DNA of 64,000 nucleotides, taken from assembly GCA_040954595.2 (NCBI GenBank), contig CM082576.2, forward strand, positions 6,637,129 through 6,701,128, given 5' to 3'. Under the pieces are notes generated by a model. It searched no databases, was not told the DNA's origin, and worked only from the letters and a program-made list of their open reading frames with translations. Positions 14,001-29,000 of this stretch are shown here, in pieces. Numbering within the stretch: position 1 is the stretch's first letter; each line of letters opens with the position of its first letter. A program made the position numbers and the translations under genes. This DNA is from Balanoglossus misakiensis. Lineage: Eukaryota > Animalia > Hemichordata.

Positions 14001-17000
14001 AAGCACACATTCACACATCGCACCACCACAAACTACGCTGCTCCCATGGACAAACCAGTTCTGACAACCATGCTAATGTAAACACCAGTAGAAGCTCCGG
14101 CCGTTTGCTGCCAATGACACTGAACAAACTGAAGACAGCTTCTCAGTACAATCTTACCTTCTCCTCAGCTTTAGCTTCACACTCCCGTTCTTTCTTCTCC
14201 ATCTGTGCCTTCATTTCTTCTCGTTCTACAAAAACCAAAATGTACCATGCATTAGAATTTTCCCCACCATGCTGTCAACTCTCCTCCTTTATAGTAACAA
14301 AACTACCTTAAAATTGAACCATACTACATTGTACTTAAAATAATAGATATCAACCATCTCGTCTTGTTTGTAGAAGTACTTGCACACGATACCACATGAG
14401 ATGACGCGATAACCCTTCCACTAGGACAAATCCTCTCACCTTTTTCAAATTCCTCGTTCTGTTTGCGCACCAGCTCGTCTTCATTGGCCATATGTTCCAT
14501 CAGCTGCTTCACGTTCAACTCCACAGGAGCCACGTCCGGGTTCTCGCCGTTCTCATACTGGAGTACGACTTCTTGCACTAGACGGTCGATCAGCATCCAG
14601 TGGTGTGCGTTTCTGGCAACTCCTGTGAGTAAATAACACCCACAGTTACACTTTTACAATTGTCACACTGATTTCAATAACTGTTTTATTCAATTCAGTG
14701 ATCTTTCTTTTTTTGGGGGGGAGGGGGGGGGGGGAGAGATGCCATGATTGCAATGCTTTATCTTTCGCATTAATCATTCCAATCTTTTACAAAGGAACTT
14801 TCGCTGGCATTTCACTTTCATTTTGTGAAACAATTCAACTGTTTCCACAGCATAATTTAGTACTGTCCCATTCTCTTCTGTGATATGACCACAAACAGGG
14901 AAAGTGGGTGAAATCAATTATGAAATCTCATAGCTGAAATTGATGTGGCCGGGCTTGCCGACTATTGACTGGACATTACGAGCCCTTATCGACTTTGCAC
15001 TGGGCTTTGACGAGAGCTGGCACATGTCGGGGGCATAGACTAGATTCCTTTGTGGTGAACTTACTTGGCAACAGAATGAAGTGTTGCAGCAGTGACAACA
15101 GATGTGGATAGGCAGTTGTGTGGGCTAGCTTCTTCCTCAGGAACTCAAACATGCTGGTTGCACTGTGGGTATCTATATGCACCTGTGGTTGGGAAAGGAA
15201 TATGTTGATAACATTATGCCAGAGATTAAGATTGAAATTGGTCGTGATGTGGTATGTCTTCATAAATCAAGAATATGACCTATAATTTCAGCATTGTGCA
15301 ACTATTAAGAAATTTTCACATTTTTTCGTGAATTTTAATTTTTCTGAGACAACAGAAGAGCTACTCACTGTATCAAATCTCTTGGCCAGCTCTCTCTCGT
15401 CTTCGTTGCGGACCATCTCAAAGAAATCTAAATGCCTGTGAGCAGATCAACGTGATTAGAACTAAAATGAAGACAAAACTTCCCGCACGAGCTGAGGAAG
15501 CCTTCGAACGAAAGTCAGGACATGGCACGGAAATATAGGAGAGAATGTGGATTGAAACAAAGGCAACTCACTCACTGTTTGAGTTGAGTACTGAGTAGGG
15601 CACCATTATCCCATAGGAGAGGTGTTGGAGACAAAGAAAAACAGATATACACTCAAGAAAAGTAGTACCGGTGACGGCAACACTGTTTAAGACTCGACAT
15701 ACGCAACAACAACACAAAAGCATACACCATAACAACGCAGTTTATTAATGGCAGCCATTTTTTATTTTTTTGACCCTGTCACCCTAACTCCTGTGTCAGT
15801 GGTTTTTGCCTTGCCATTGAAGACAATGGGGGTTCAACCACAGCAGAGGAGATGATGGGGGTCAGAGCTAGGGTAGCACAGTGGACTGCGAGCAGACAGA
15901 GACAAGCGACTGAGAAAATGGAAAGCGGGAAACCCCTTTCTAAGTTTTCAGATCCATTCTTTTTGTTTTCATCATGCAGTGAAAAATGGAGAGGTTCTCT
16001 GAGAGAGTACAGACATGCTGAATGTCGATCGTGTTGCGGTAGCCATGGACACATAATCACATTGCAACAGACGCCACAAAACATAAAACGGCTATCAAGT
16101 ACGGGATATAGCACATTTATGAGACCACTGCACGACATAAACATGACACAATATTACATATCTGACCTATGTGTCAGTCAGCATGCGCTGACTCCAAGAC
16201 AAAAACTGCCATGGAAAGTCAAGACTCGCACCACTAACCAACGCAAACAAAATAGGCGTTGGTGATGACAGCCGTGTACGTACCTGTCAAGTGTGGCGTT
16301 CTCGTGCGTTCTAAGTTTGTCAATAATTGGCTGTATGCCTAACATGAGGAACTCGTATCTGAGATGGATCCTAAATTCTAGATTATCCTGCAAAGACAAG
16401 GAACAACCATTCATGAAGTGGAGTATTTTGAGACAATGTGATCAGATAGACAGCATTGCCAAGAACTGGATTACTGAACTTCACATGACAAACTGAAAGT
16501 AAAATATTAAAATAGATTATAACATGATATTGTTCACATATTATATTTAAATTCTCTTCTATGAATATGAAATAATTTCACTAAAGTTAGACTCCCAAAT
16601 GAGCACTCACCTCTCCAGCACCATACTTGAGAGCAGCATTGATAAAAGACATAATGGCAGTCTTGAGATTGACTTCTTCGCGGTATCTTCCCGTGCTCCT
16701 GTCCAGATCGTTGATTATCGACTGAAGATGAGAGAGAGGGGAAACCGGGGATTCATATATGAAGACAGAAGGAGTTGCGAGCAGCCCACACAGGAAGTCG
16801 ACAAGAACTGGTATGCTCGAGTTGAAACTCCTCTCTGTCTTGTTGGTCAAGAATTTCTTTTTTTTCACTTTTCCTTGTAAATGTGGTGGGATGCTGCTTC
16901 CCCAAAAAGAGAGCTACAGACAGTAGGTTGATAAACTCATCTCTCAACCTGGGCATTTTTACCTGTGTCAACATTCAGTCAATACCAAACCCTTACCTGG

Positions 17001-20000
17001 AATCGCGTTCTTTCCGTGGCAAACTTCTGGTAGTGGGACATGGCCTCCAGGACCTTCCTGTGTCCACCGGGTACAAGACATACTGCTCCTAGGATTTCTA
17101 ATACAGCAATCTTGGTCTTGATGTTCTCGGTGCACAGCGACTGGGCTATGATGTTGATGCTGTGCGGGTGCGACAGTACATGCTGTCTGCCATGCTGTAG
17201 CGGGGACAAGAGACGGAAAAAATCTGCGGTCAAAGTCCGATCGTTCGTTCCCCTCATCAGGGTGTCGGTTTTCATGTATGGTGTACGTCTGGCACCTGCT
17301 ACAAGAACATCAACTGAGAGATTGTATGTCCTTATGTGTAGTGTATGATGCTAGTTCATTGTCACACAAGTCAGTGTCCAATTTATAGCGCCACTGATGA
17401 GATTTCAAGACGTTCTGTTTTTGGTTTCATATCCGTATTTTTTTGAATGGCATTTTTATTTCTAGTTCATTGTTGACACGAAATGTCTTCCAAAGTCACT
17501 GCCACACAGGTCAGTGTCCGATTTATTACCCCTGATGAGTTTTCAAGACACCCTTGTCAATATTCCAACAATGGCAGCTTTAAAGTCACGTCCCACAGCT
17601 ACATGTGTGAATGACATTTAAATTTTCACTTTGACGTTGACAGTGTCTTCCAGTTCCTTTCCTAACCGCGACATCTACTTATTAAAGTGACATTAGGAAA
17701 TTTCTAGCATATGTGGTCAATTACACTGTAAATCACAGACACCAAGACAGAGATACCAGAGCGGAAACACTCAAATACCTCACAGCTATTTTTTGACCCA
17801 TTCAGCAGCAGCATCCGGTTACTGTGATGCGAGACACACCCACTCACTATTGTGTTTTTCACCATCTATGCTAATAAACCACAAACTCAGTGACTTTACG
17901 TGATTGACTTCATTTTCAATATCATGTACCACAAACATGTCATTTGGACTGTACACAAACCAGTTTGAATACTGCATGGTATTTCATGCTTCACTGAGTT
18001 GACAAACAAAACATGACATGTTTGCACTGAAAAATATTGAGGAAGGCAACACTTCATGCGCCATTGAGTTGACAATTAAAACATGATATATTTGCACCAT
18101 GAAATGGCCATTACCTACATAACTCTGATTGAATCGAAAGTCAAGTAGAATTAGGAAATACATAATTTTTTTCAAACATCCTACGTCCTATTTGCTGTCT
18201 AACCTAGTTAAAATTTGTATCTGCAGATGATGACATGATGGAATTGAAAAACAATATGAATCGTGGCAGAGTTCCAGATTCAATGTATGTAAATTTCAGC
18301 AATCTGTGTATCAGATGCCTCAAAACAGTCAATTTGGCCTTGGTTTGACTTGTATGTAAACACTCAATACTAAATACAGAATTGCAAATGCAATTTGTTT
18401 AAGTGTGGAATTTTCATGTTTAAACAACTCCCTGCAAACTTTGGCAAGATTTGCTAAACAAGAAAATCAATCATTATGAGTAAAACTTTAGTGCATTGAA
18501 AATACATCATCATAAGGGCGCGTGAATGTTAATGTTTGAAAGCTGGCCAGTTTACGTACGAGCTCAGCCATGACTCACTGACTCTCCCCGTAAATAAAAA
18601 TATCTCTGAAGAGATTTAGACTGCAGTTTCTCACGTTCATAACATTACGCGTGCCGATACTGAATGCAGAAAGTCCTCATTGGTGTGTGATGTCGTCTAT
18701 AAATACAGACTGGGCCAGCCATTTCAACTTCTTTATCTCGTGACCTCAATTAACCTCCCATATCACGACTGCATGCACGCAATACATCCTTACAAACTGG
18801 GCGGGTTTTGGTCGCCTTTGAACGAACGCCAGCACAGCTGTAGTTCCTTTCATTGCCGGAATATCCGTTGCACAACTTTGGAATTTTATCACACAGATTG
18901 AAACTTGTGTACGCTAGAGTTTATCATATGACAGAAATGGGTTTTGTGAAATTCCTGGGGTGTGTGATTTAGGACCGATCTTTCTTGTGGAAAAATACAC
19001 ACAGATTCAAATAAATAAATAATTTCTTTCAATGCCAAGTTACAGATGAACAAGCTCTGAATGAGCAAATGTGACTAGCGCTAGCTTTCTTTGGTCTGTT
19101 GCCTATGCCCTTGTCTTTTTAAAGGGCTTTTTTCATTGAATTCCTCGACTCAATTACCCTATCTTCTGTTTACAACATCAGTTGATGTTGGGCCGCTTTT
19201 GTAGGAATTGGTGGGATTCCTGTCCAAGACAGACATTCCTCCGTTTCAATTCAGTGAAATTCTCTCCACGCAATCAGTGCCATTGTGCAGGCTGGAACAA
19301 AAATCGCCATGAATAATTCACGAGATGCCCGACTTCCGAATAATTAATAGGGTAGGTTCCGTCCCACTGTCTCTTTCGTTCCGGACCACAGTGCAATGTG
19401 CCAGTTATATTCACATGGAATGGCTGTTCCGACTGTCACAATGCCAGCATGCTTCATCATTTTCCAGCTAAAACGCCATCAATGCCATACCACCTGCCTC
19501 TCATATTTTACACACAAATAAATGTGTCATGAACGACATTGCAAGTCTTAAAAACGTTCCCTCATATTTTTTTCTATTTACTAATATCCGGAAGACTGAC
19601 TTTAGAACTTCCTGTTTCTCAGGGTTTATTTATATGATGGCGACCATTGCATAATCCCTACATCCTCAATTTCGTCTGCAGATTCTTGTAATACTGTAAA
19701 AGAAATCTGCTCAGTCAGTCCCAAGCTTCCAATTCAAAACTGGCTGTTATGCGCTAAGTTTAGATTATGGGAATTTTTATTATCAACAGATGATACCATT
19801 AAATATGACTCAATTGTATCATAAATTGTCAGTTGGGTAGATACATGCATGTCCTGCGTGTTTTATTTAGGTGTCTTTGGCTGCAAAGATGCAAAGCCTC
19901 AGATACCAGGTCTTCACATCAGATGTGAAGCAGTGAAAAGGCCTGTGCCTCTAACGCTCTAAAATAATATGCTTCCATGTGTGTGTGTTTTTGTGTGTTT

Positions 20001-23000
20001 TTTTAAAGTTGGTTGGTGAAAACTGTAAAGAAACTACAGGTTGATTATTCAAATCATGACACAAATCGGCCAATGTGATGTGTCTGCTAAGATCGTTGCT
20101 CACACAAATGTCACCACTGCTGCATTGGTACATGTATGTATCAAACGACCATTGTCGGGACATGTTTCCACTTTCTGTTTGTTTGTTGCGTACCGTTTCA
20201 CCTTTCAGTATTATGTACGGCCTGAAAGGCATTCGATGGTGCATGTAATCTGTAATTACAAATCTGATTAAAGCTGCAAGCAGCGTTGAAGGGGCCCAAG
20301 CATAGAGTTAATAACCATTAGACTCCATTCAGGGTTGTACCATTCAAATGCGTAGGCTGTATTTGCTCTGGATGTGGAGATATGGGGAAGTAGGCAACCA
20401 CCCGAAATGGATGTCTTACAAATACAAACACCACAACCAAAAGTGAACTTCTACGTTGAAAGTACTTCAGTTACTTCAAAGGTCAGCTGAGGGTATCCAA
20501 AAATTGGGCCAAAAATTAGGATTCTTATTTGGTTCATATTCAAGACAACGGAAAATCCTCGCTGTTTGGGTTTGTCAAATTAGATATGGCCATAATAATG
20601 AGTTACGCAAGTAAGTTACAGGTAGCCCCTAAAATTTAGCATTTCATGACGCAGAGGGTCCTACCCTACCCCTCCAAACACCTGGCTTTACATGATGTGC
20701 ATGCTAACATATGGAAAGCAGGTCAATGGACACCTGATGTCACCCAAAAATTTGACAAAAAATGTTCATTCCTGTTTATGTCATGTGCAACAAATCCTAC
20801 ATTTGCAGCCCTTTCACTTTGCCTACAATTAGGTATGCACGTAATACATGAATCAAGCAGGTGTCGCAGGTATCCCCCTGTATTTGGCATTTCATGATAG
20901 TTTCGCTCCGAATACCAAAGCTGCACTTGTACAACGGGCTGAGATATGGCACTGTACGACAGAGGTCATCCAAATCAACTTATACATTTGGGCAAAAACA
21001 AACTGACACTTATATTCGTCCCTGTGGAACAAAAACCACACCTATTGCCCTGTTGGTTAGTGTCCAATTAAATGTACAAAATCAATGACTTAGGCAGGTG
21101 CAACAGGTGACCCCGCCTTTGGTATATCTTTATGGTCCCATCCGTATATGCCCCCCCCCCCCCACGCCAAAGCCGCATGCATCTGCTGTGGATGCTCACT
21201 AAGCAAAAGTAGGTGAAATGTCACATAAGATCGCCCATAAGGCTGCATTCACAAACACCTCTTGAGGGGGGGGGTATTCAATTTTTTTTACCGCTAATTT
21301 TCACATGCCCCCCGTACACAACCCGAAAAATTTCAAATCCCCCCTTCCGAACTGCCAAAATTTTGAAATCCCCCCCTCCCCATTTTCTTTCACAGAGCAG
21401 AACAGATCACCTAGTATCTATCTTGTAAAAAAAGAAAAACAGCGCTCCCATTTTTTAAGTATTTGTATCCTGTGTTGGGAGACATTGTAAACCGAGAATT
21501 GAAGGGGGTGGGTTTGGGAGCGTGTGCACGTAAGAAAATTTTATAAAATACAGAGCTCAAAGGTGCATTTTAATGAACCTGGCAAAGGCAAATTAACTCA
21601 ACTACCGGTAAGTTGGGGAGGACAAATTTAACCGTCGACGCTCAGAGTTATCATGGGGTTGGGGCAAGTCCCCAAACCTGGGACACTAGATAAACCAATC
21701 AATGATTGAAAGGTGTTGATGAATGGAGGGGGTGGGTGTGGGAGGGGGTGTCCCCCTCCCCATTAGAAAATTTTGTAAAATAAAGGGCGCGAAACTGCAT
21801 TTTTGTGGACTCAAAATAAATATTTAGTCGTCAAAGTTTTCAAGTCCCCCCCCCTTTCAGTCCCTAAATTAGTTCAAATCCCCCCCCCCTTACATACCCT
21901 CAATTTTTTCAAATCACCCCCTCAATTCTCCTGCCCCCCCCCCCTCCTGAGGATTTTGTGAATGCAGCCTAACTTGACAGGAAAATCGGACTTCATATTG
22001 ATCCATTTGCAACAAATACCACACTAGCATCCCTTTCATTGACCCCACAATTACGCATGCTCATAATTGAGTTACGCAGGTGTCACAGGTGACCCCCGAA
22101 TCGGGCGTATTATTTTGGTCCCATACAGCTGCATGAAGCTGCGTGCCATTACGGGCGACCTGATAACCCCCACGGCCACCTGCGGGCCGAACCCCATACT
22201 GAACGTTCAGTTGCAACGTCACGACTGAAGTAGGAAGTGTTGAACGGCAAAGAAGCCTGATCTCTGATTATTGCTGGTACCATACTCCCTTCGTGCAAGA
22301 AAATCATTGGTCTGCTAACGTATTTCGGCCACATTAGCGACTGAGGGTCAAAGTCCGCTGCCGCATTACATTGTAGCCGGGTCTAGATAGAAACATTTGA
22401 ACGGCAACAGCTAACAAACTCAGCGTAATTCAATAAAACGCCCTAACACAGCCTGAACTCCGATAATGTGTTATCCCAAAATTCATTCCGTGGAAAATAA
22501 TCACTGGTCTGTTTACGTATTTCAGCCGATTTTCCAAGGACTACTGCAACCCGCCAGAAGTGAGTAGCGTGCTAATGAGATCTCCAAAACATTACGTAAT
22601 GACGGTCAAAGTCCGATGCCCCAGTGTCCGTCCTCAGCCCACCAAAAATGCGAAAAATATTACAAAAATCTTCTTCTCAAAATCGACGTGGCCTAGGACC
22701 TTGAAATTTGGCACAGGGGATTTTGGCCACATGGTCTACAAAAATCGCGAAAAGAATGTACATTCCCCCATTAACGTGCAAATTAGGTCAATTTGAAAAT
22801 TTCGCTCGATTATAGCCACCAAGTCACGTGACTAATTACAAATTCAAAGGGCAGGTGCACTAGTACTCATGGGCCCCAATCATCGTGCCAAACTTCATAG
22901 GCGCAGGTGCCGGAATTTCAGAGAAAAACGGGAGCAAAAAAACGACTCAAGAAGAAAGAAGAAAAACTCCAGCAATAACAGAAGGGGACCAAGCGCCTGA

Positions 23001-26000
23001 GGGCGCTTGGTCCCCTAATTATGATTGACGCGCGTGTCTGAGTCCGACTGCCATTCAGCAATGATTGACATTTGTGTGACGACGACCAACCCTGCACAGT
23101 CTGTACAGAACTGATTTCCTCCATTAGTAATACGAGATACAGTACAAAAACACACACAGGAACAGATACACTGTAAATGTTGTGGTTCCGCATCTGCGAG
23201 GATCCGACTTACCGAGTTATTCATGAGCGCCTTTATGCATCCGATAATGGACGTATGAATTGGACTTTCCACGGTATCGTAGTCCATTTTACTCAGGAAA
23301 TTGAGAAGACAAGACAAGCCATCCAACTCAATAAAACGCATGACAAACCTGAAATCAGCAAGACCAGACACAAAAATGGATTTTAATGAAAATTCAGCCG
23401 CGGAAAATACTAACTCCGCTGATAAACACTACATTCAGTAAATCTCACTTTAACCTACATGTATGTGTTTCACCACTTTAACAAGCTAGACAGATGTTAC
23501 AAATCACTCTTTGCATTTTGCCAATCCGTGACATACTTTCTTCCACAATGTAGTTTGAATACAAAGTTGACAGTAAAGTCAACGCTCAAGAAGATGTAGT
23601 AACACTGCAAATGAATAATCTCAAGTTTCACATCCAAGATTTGCGCACTACTGTGATAGTTTCAGTTTAACAGAAAGCTACAGGCCAAGGAATAGTTGCC
23701 ATACCAAACTTCACATCATATTTATTTGAAAACAGCTTCCAAGATGATGGTTCTGGAAACCGAACACCTATAAAAGCATGCAGCGAGTCTCGTAACTTGG
23801 TATACATGCATGATACACCCTACAGGTGGGAAGAGGTGCCATGCAGTGACGCTATCAAGCTTTGTTGGCAAGTCCGTCTTAAATTCATTCTTTTCATTAA
23901 TAAGGTTAATTTCCATGTCAGAAATTGAAACAGAATATTATGATGTGATAATTGTTTTTAGTTATCACATTTCATTTTGGTTTTAAAGTGACTCTGCACG
24001 GGTTCGTTTCTGCGCAATTCTCCATCATACCACAGTCGGGCAAACATGCACCATACCTGAACCAGTTAGTTCCCATGGCGTGAAATTAAATTATTTCCGA
24101 AGTAGCCAGAGATTTAGTCTGGATTCAGTTGGGAATGCTGGGAAACTGATGACTTACCGCATGGGTTGAGTTCTGAGGGCAGTTTTTAGGCTGTCCACAA
24201 GTTTCGTTCGGACTTCGATTTCTTCCTCATCCGGCGCAAACACTGTCAACTAAAAAAAGGGAGGGAGATAAGAGAAATCTTAGCAAAAATCAGTGACAGC
24301 AGAAACCGGCCCAAAAGCCTCTTCCCTCAAAATTGACCATCTAATCATACATGTATCTCTGACCCCAAAAAATTGTTGTAATAACTTTGCAAAAAGATAA
24401 TAAATGGTATCTCACTTGTTTGTAATCAATAAAATCCCAAAAACAAACACTTACTGTTGCCATAGAATTCAGCCTATCGATGTAATTATCTGGCCAGCTG
24501 GTAGAGCTGGGATCTTCTTGTTCCTATCAAAATCAACAGAAAAACAGATGGCATAATATTAATCCATGATGTCAACACTGAAAATATTGGCATCTAGATG
24601 CAAGACTCGGGATACATGAGCGTTTATTATCTCAATTTTTATTATATTTCTGGACAGAGGATCCTCCTTGTTAAAGTGCCTCTTTATCTGCCCCGGGGAC
24701 TGGATTGACTTTCAGAAAGAGTAATCCACCAAATGACAGGCTATTGAGTGATTCACTCACATTCATTGCATTGATAGAAAAAAAATTGAGAGTTTAAATG
24801 ACAGTTAATGAACAAATTACGCGCAGAATTTCGTCCAGTGATTTCATTTAATGCAAAAGAGAGCACCCTGGCTTGACAAGTCAAGACAAATCCACATCAG
24901 TCTCAACTGCATCACAAATTTGAACTGCAAAATTCAATACATGCAGTGATGAGATTACTTAGATGCTATCCTGAATGTTATGTCAAGAAACGCTGGATTA
25001 TCTTTTGTTTTAAAAATACACTCAAGAATGAATAGGCCATTATGACGTAAGTAAATCAGTTTGCATGAATCACCTGCCAGTTTTTTATTTGACGAGAACT
25101 GAGCTTCCTAAAAACCATGGTGGCCTTTACTGACCTCTGATGAGTCATCAATCTGATGAACCTACACTTGTTACCATAGCAACTAAAGTAATTGGTTTCT
25201 CTTTATCTAAGAACTGATCTCATTCTGGTAATTTTGCCTCTTTTTGTGAGGAGTGAATGCAAACATATTTTATGCATATCAATTTCTGTCTGGCTAAAAT
25301 TTTAAATTGTGAATGTAATTAAAATCAGGTTGGTGCATGTATTTTCTGTAGAAATGGATTAGACTATTTGCTGTCCGGAAGGTTCCAAAGTCAGAAAAAT
25401 TTCCAGTTCAAGTTCACGCAGCATAGCAAAAGCATGTTTCTTACTGGCTGAGGGAGCCTTTCTTATAACATGCATACGCATCTCCGTAATGCATAGCACC
25501 AAAGTCATGCTGAAAGCCACAGACATCATTGCCAACTGTCACAATGATACTAAATGGTTCATAATTGAATTTATTTATTCTCCCTCATTGCAGTCACTCC
25601 ATCATTACTATTTCAGAGCAGTTCCAAATCACCACGGTAAACGGGATATAGTATGTAGTTGGTACAAAGAGATTTGAATTCCACAGAGAATGGTCTGCTG
25701 ACAGGCTATTAGGACTGCAATCCTGTGACATTTTCGTGAGAATATCCTTGCACATTCCCTTGGTAACTCTAAATCTAATCTATATTCTAACTGATCCAAC
25801 GTCTCTGCTCTTACTGTCCTTTGCTTGGATACAATGATAAAAATGTCCTTTTTTTCTCTCAAGCCTTTCTTCTCTGACTAAGAAATTCTGCACTGAAATT
25901 TTAAGGCCATAATATTATTCAATGCCGACTGCTATATTACATGTGATACTACATGTAACTGCACTTGCTCTACACATATTTTTATTTTGAAAAAAAATCC

Positions 26001-29000
26001 TCGTTCGGTTATTCACTTCTCACGGTGAACTTTCCTGGCCTTCATTAAAATCATTTCCACCCATCCAAATTCTATTTATTCAAATTCCTACATATCCCGT
26101 GATATTTATCAGTTGAATAGAGGATATTTTCCCCCAGTATACAAATGTGCAATTCCGTCCCCTTTCCTGCCTGTCGGAACTAGACATGGCTAATGGGGAT
26201 TACATATCAAAGGGCATATCCTTTCAGACAGCCTAAAAAACAGCTGCAACCGCCCGAAAGCCCGAGACACGCACAATCAGCCGTCGTACCGAGCGACAAA
26301 TCAAAACTGACACATGGCGATACTCCGGTCTGCAAGCAACGATAGCCGTCGCATTTTGAATTGACTGGTTCCGAGCCGAACATACCCTGTCTCCGTAATA
26401 ACAATATTAGAATACAAAATAATGTAGATGTAACTCAATCTGCATGATGTCAAAAGCGTTGTAATTCCTTCTATTTTATCGCAGCGGGGAGACATGCCAG
26501 CTGACACTAATAAGACTAATGTCACCTTTGAACTTGTTTTGTTTCCTTTCGACATGTAATGTATTGTGAAAATATTTATTACATTTATTAACCCTTTCTC
26601 ATACAGAGTTTCAACATGCATTGTATGGCCATTATAATATGCTGATATATTTTAGGCTAAGGAAATAAAGTACTCTTTGCATTGTGAAGATGCCACCAGA
26701 CAAATTAAATCTAAACTTAGATTGACCAAGCTCTTTATTTACTATACTTAAAATATTGATGCAAAAGACATTGTTTATGCGTGCTCAGATTAGAATCTTT
26801 CCTTGTGAATCCTGGACTCTGCAAACCGGAATGTTCAGTCTGGCCTCGCCCATTCTATTTTGAAATCTGAGATATGGGGTAAGCAGAATAGGAAGGAGAG
26901 ATTTCTTGTACTAACACATTCTGCTGATAGGTAAACTATTTTGTTTCACTAAAATGGATTCCAATTAGCAGACACAAACTGGTAATCCACTTTTTCCATT
27001 GGTGCACATTCTGACACTACCTTGAACCGATCGACTGGTTAGAATGGTATCAGCTGCAATATGGCGTGCATGATTCCTCCCAAGGTTCTCACTAAAGGTA
27101 GAGTCTCTCTTGTGGCCAATTTTTAGTAGACCGAAAATCCCCCATTCTTTGCTTTGTGAAAACTAATACTATATAGTTTGCATAGACTAACTTTCAAAAC
27201 TCAGGCTTAAGATTCATTGTCATGCTCACATATCAGAGTGATGCAGACTGTCTTTCCAGAATTAAACTGACACTGTCAGGTAGTTGGCAGCCATTTTGAA
27301 TTTCAAATATCAGTAAATTTGTTGATTGGACACCAAATTTAACAAGATTGGGATGGCCACTCCCATTGAAATTAGTTCTTCTAATGCGATTCGCTATCAG
27401 TGTTTACTTGCTTGGAAAAAAAAAGAAAAATTGAAGGATTCACTGGCCAAACTGTGGACAAAGCTTAACATTTCCTTTCCAAGGCATGATGGGTATCCCA
27501 TTTTCTTCAGGTCTGCCGTCCACATTCAGAGAACTGTCTGTCGATCTTCTCACATGTGAAAACATTTAACTGAAGCCTCAGTGACTAATAGCGTTCTTTT
27601 GGGGAGAAGGAACCTCTTTAAAGGGCAATCACACTGCCAATAATTCAAGAGCAGGGGCAGCCACACACAGCTTCAAAGATTAAAGGTCAAATCTGGAAGA
27701 CATTTAGAAACAAGCTCGGGCACAGACACTCATTGTTCCAACCGGCCGACATTGATGTAACCCATGTGAGTCTGAGCACACACACACACACTGGCTCATG
27801 TCATCATATTGGTCTTCCCATTTCATTTTAATTATACGCCGGTGACTTTCGATGAACCTACCTTTTTCTTGCTGCAGTAGATTTGCCATTTTTTCTCGTC
27901 TGGAAGATTGAACATGGCTTCCCTGTGGGGAGCCGTCAAATCCAGTTCATCCTGTAAGAATCAAGATAGATGTATCCAATCAGTGTGGAGGAACAGAAAA
28001 TAATGGCTTGTGATTTCTGGACCTAAATTTGGCAGAGCCACAAATCACAACGCTGGACATGAAACAAAACGTCCTTCCTTGTCATTGCTTGAACTCTCTT
28101 GGTAGTCTTATGGCATATACACAACGTATCATTGTAGTTTTCTTTTTGCAGACACTGAATTATGCTAAATTCAGAGTCCGTTGAGAATAATTTAGAAAGA
28201 ACTTAGCGTACTGAAAATGGATTATAAGCTATTGGAGGCATACTGAAATTTTATTGGCATACAGAATCCAGTGAAAAGCAAAATAGCATTGAATTTTTCC
28301 AAACACCACTTTCCCCACCAGGTAACATTTCCAGACCATTTAAACCCCCTTTATAGTCTTGTTTGTTTATATAACCAGGTTCACAATGGAGTTTATTATT
28401 TCATTTCAGGAGTGGGTCAAGGGGTCAAGGAGCAAAGGTCTTCTATGAAGACACTGAGCATCCAATGTTAGACGACATGGATCTGTCTGATGAACAGCAA
28501 TGGTCAAAGTTAACATTTCTGTATTTCAGTTCCAAGGCACTACATGAGAGAGATTAAATTCCAATTCGATTCTTTCGTTGGGCCAGAAGTGATGAAATTT
28601 GACAAAATTGATGACATTTCTTGACAGTAATATGCAAGAAGCCATAGAAGCCATTTTACCAGGAAACAAGTCTGACTACCCAGAAAGCCATTTGGCTTCA
28701 TGAAAAATGTAATATTAACGAGACAATATCCATTTTAGGTCACTCTATTTCGATATTGAAAGGGACAGGAAATTTGTCAGTCATATTTTTTTCTGTCTAT
28801 GGCATAATCAATGTGTTTTTATCATGATGCATGTTTCTTTCCAAGAAATGTCCTAATATGACTCAAATATTTTCATGGTTTTACTTCTGGTTTTTTGTTG
28901 TTGCAGTTTATTGTCAACTTTTCAGTCATGGATACAGGGTGAACAAAAGCATTGAAACTGAACTGATATACGAACTGAACACATCAGGAAGAAGGAAGAT

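Noticed and set aside
27090-27622. Possible TTAA/AAAGG-ended (Kolobok-like) MITE
   Set aside because: The putative termini do not match well enough.
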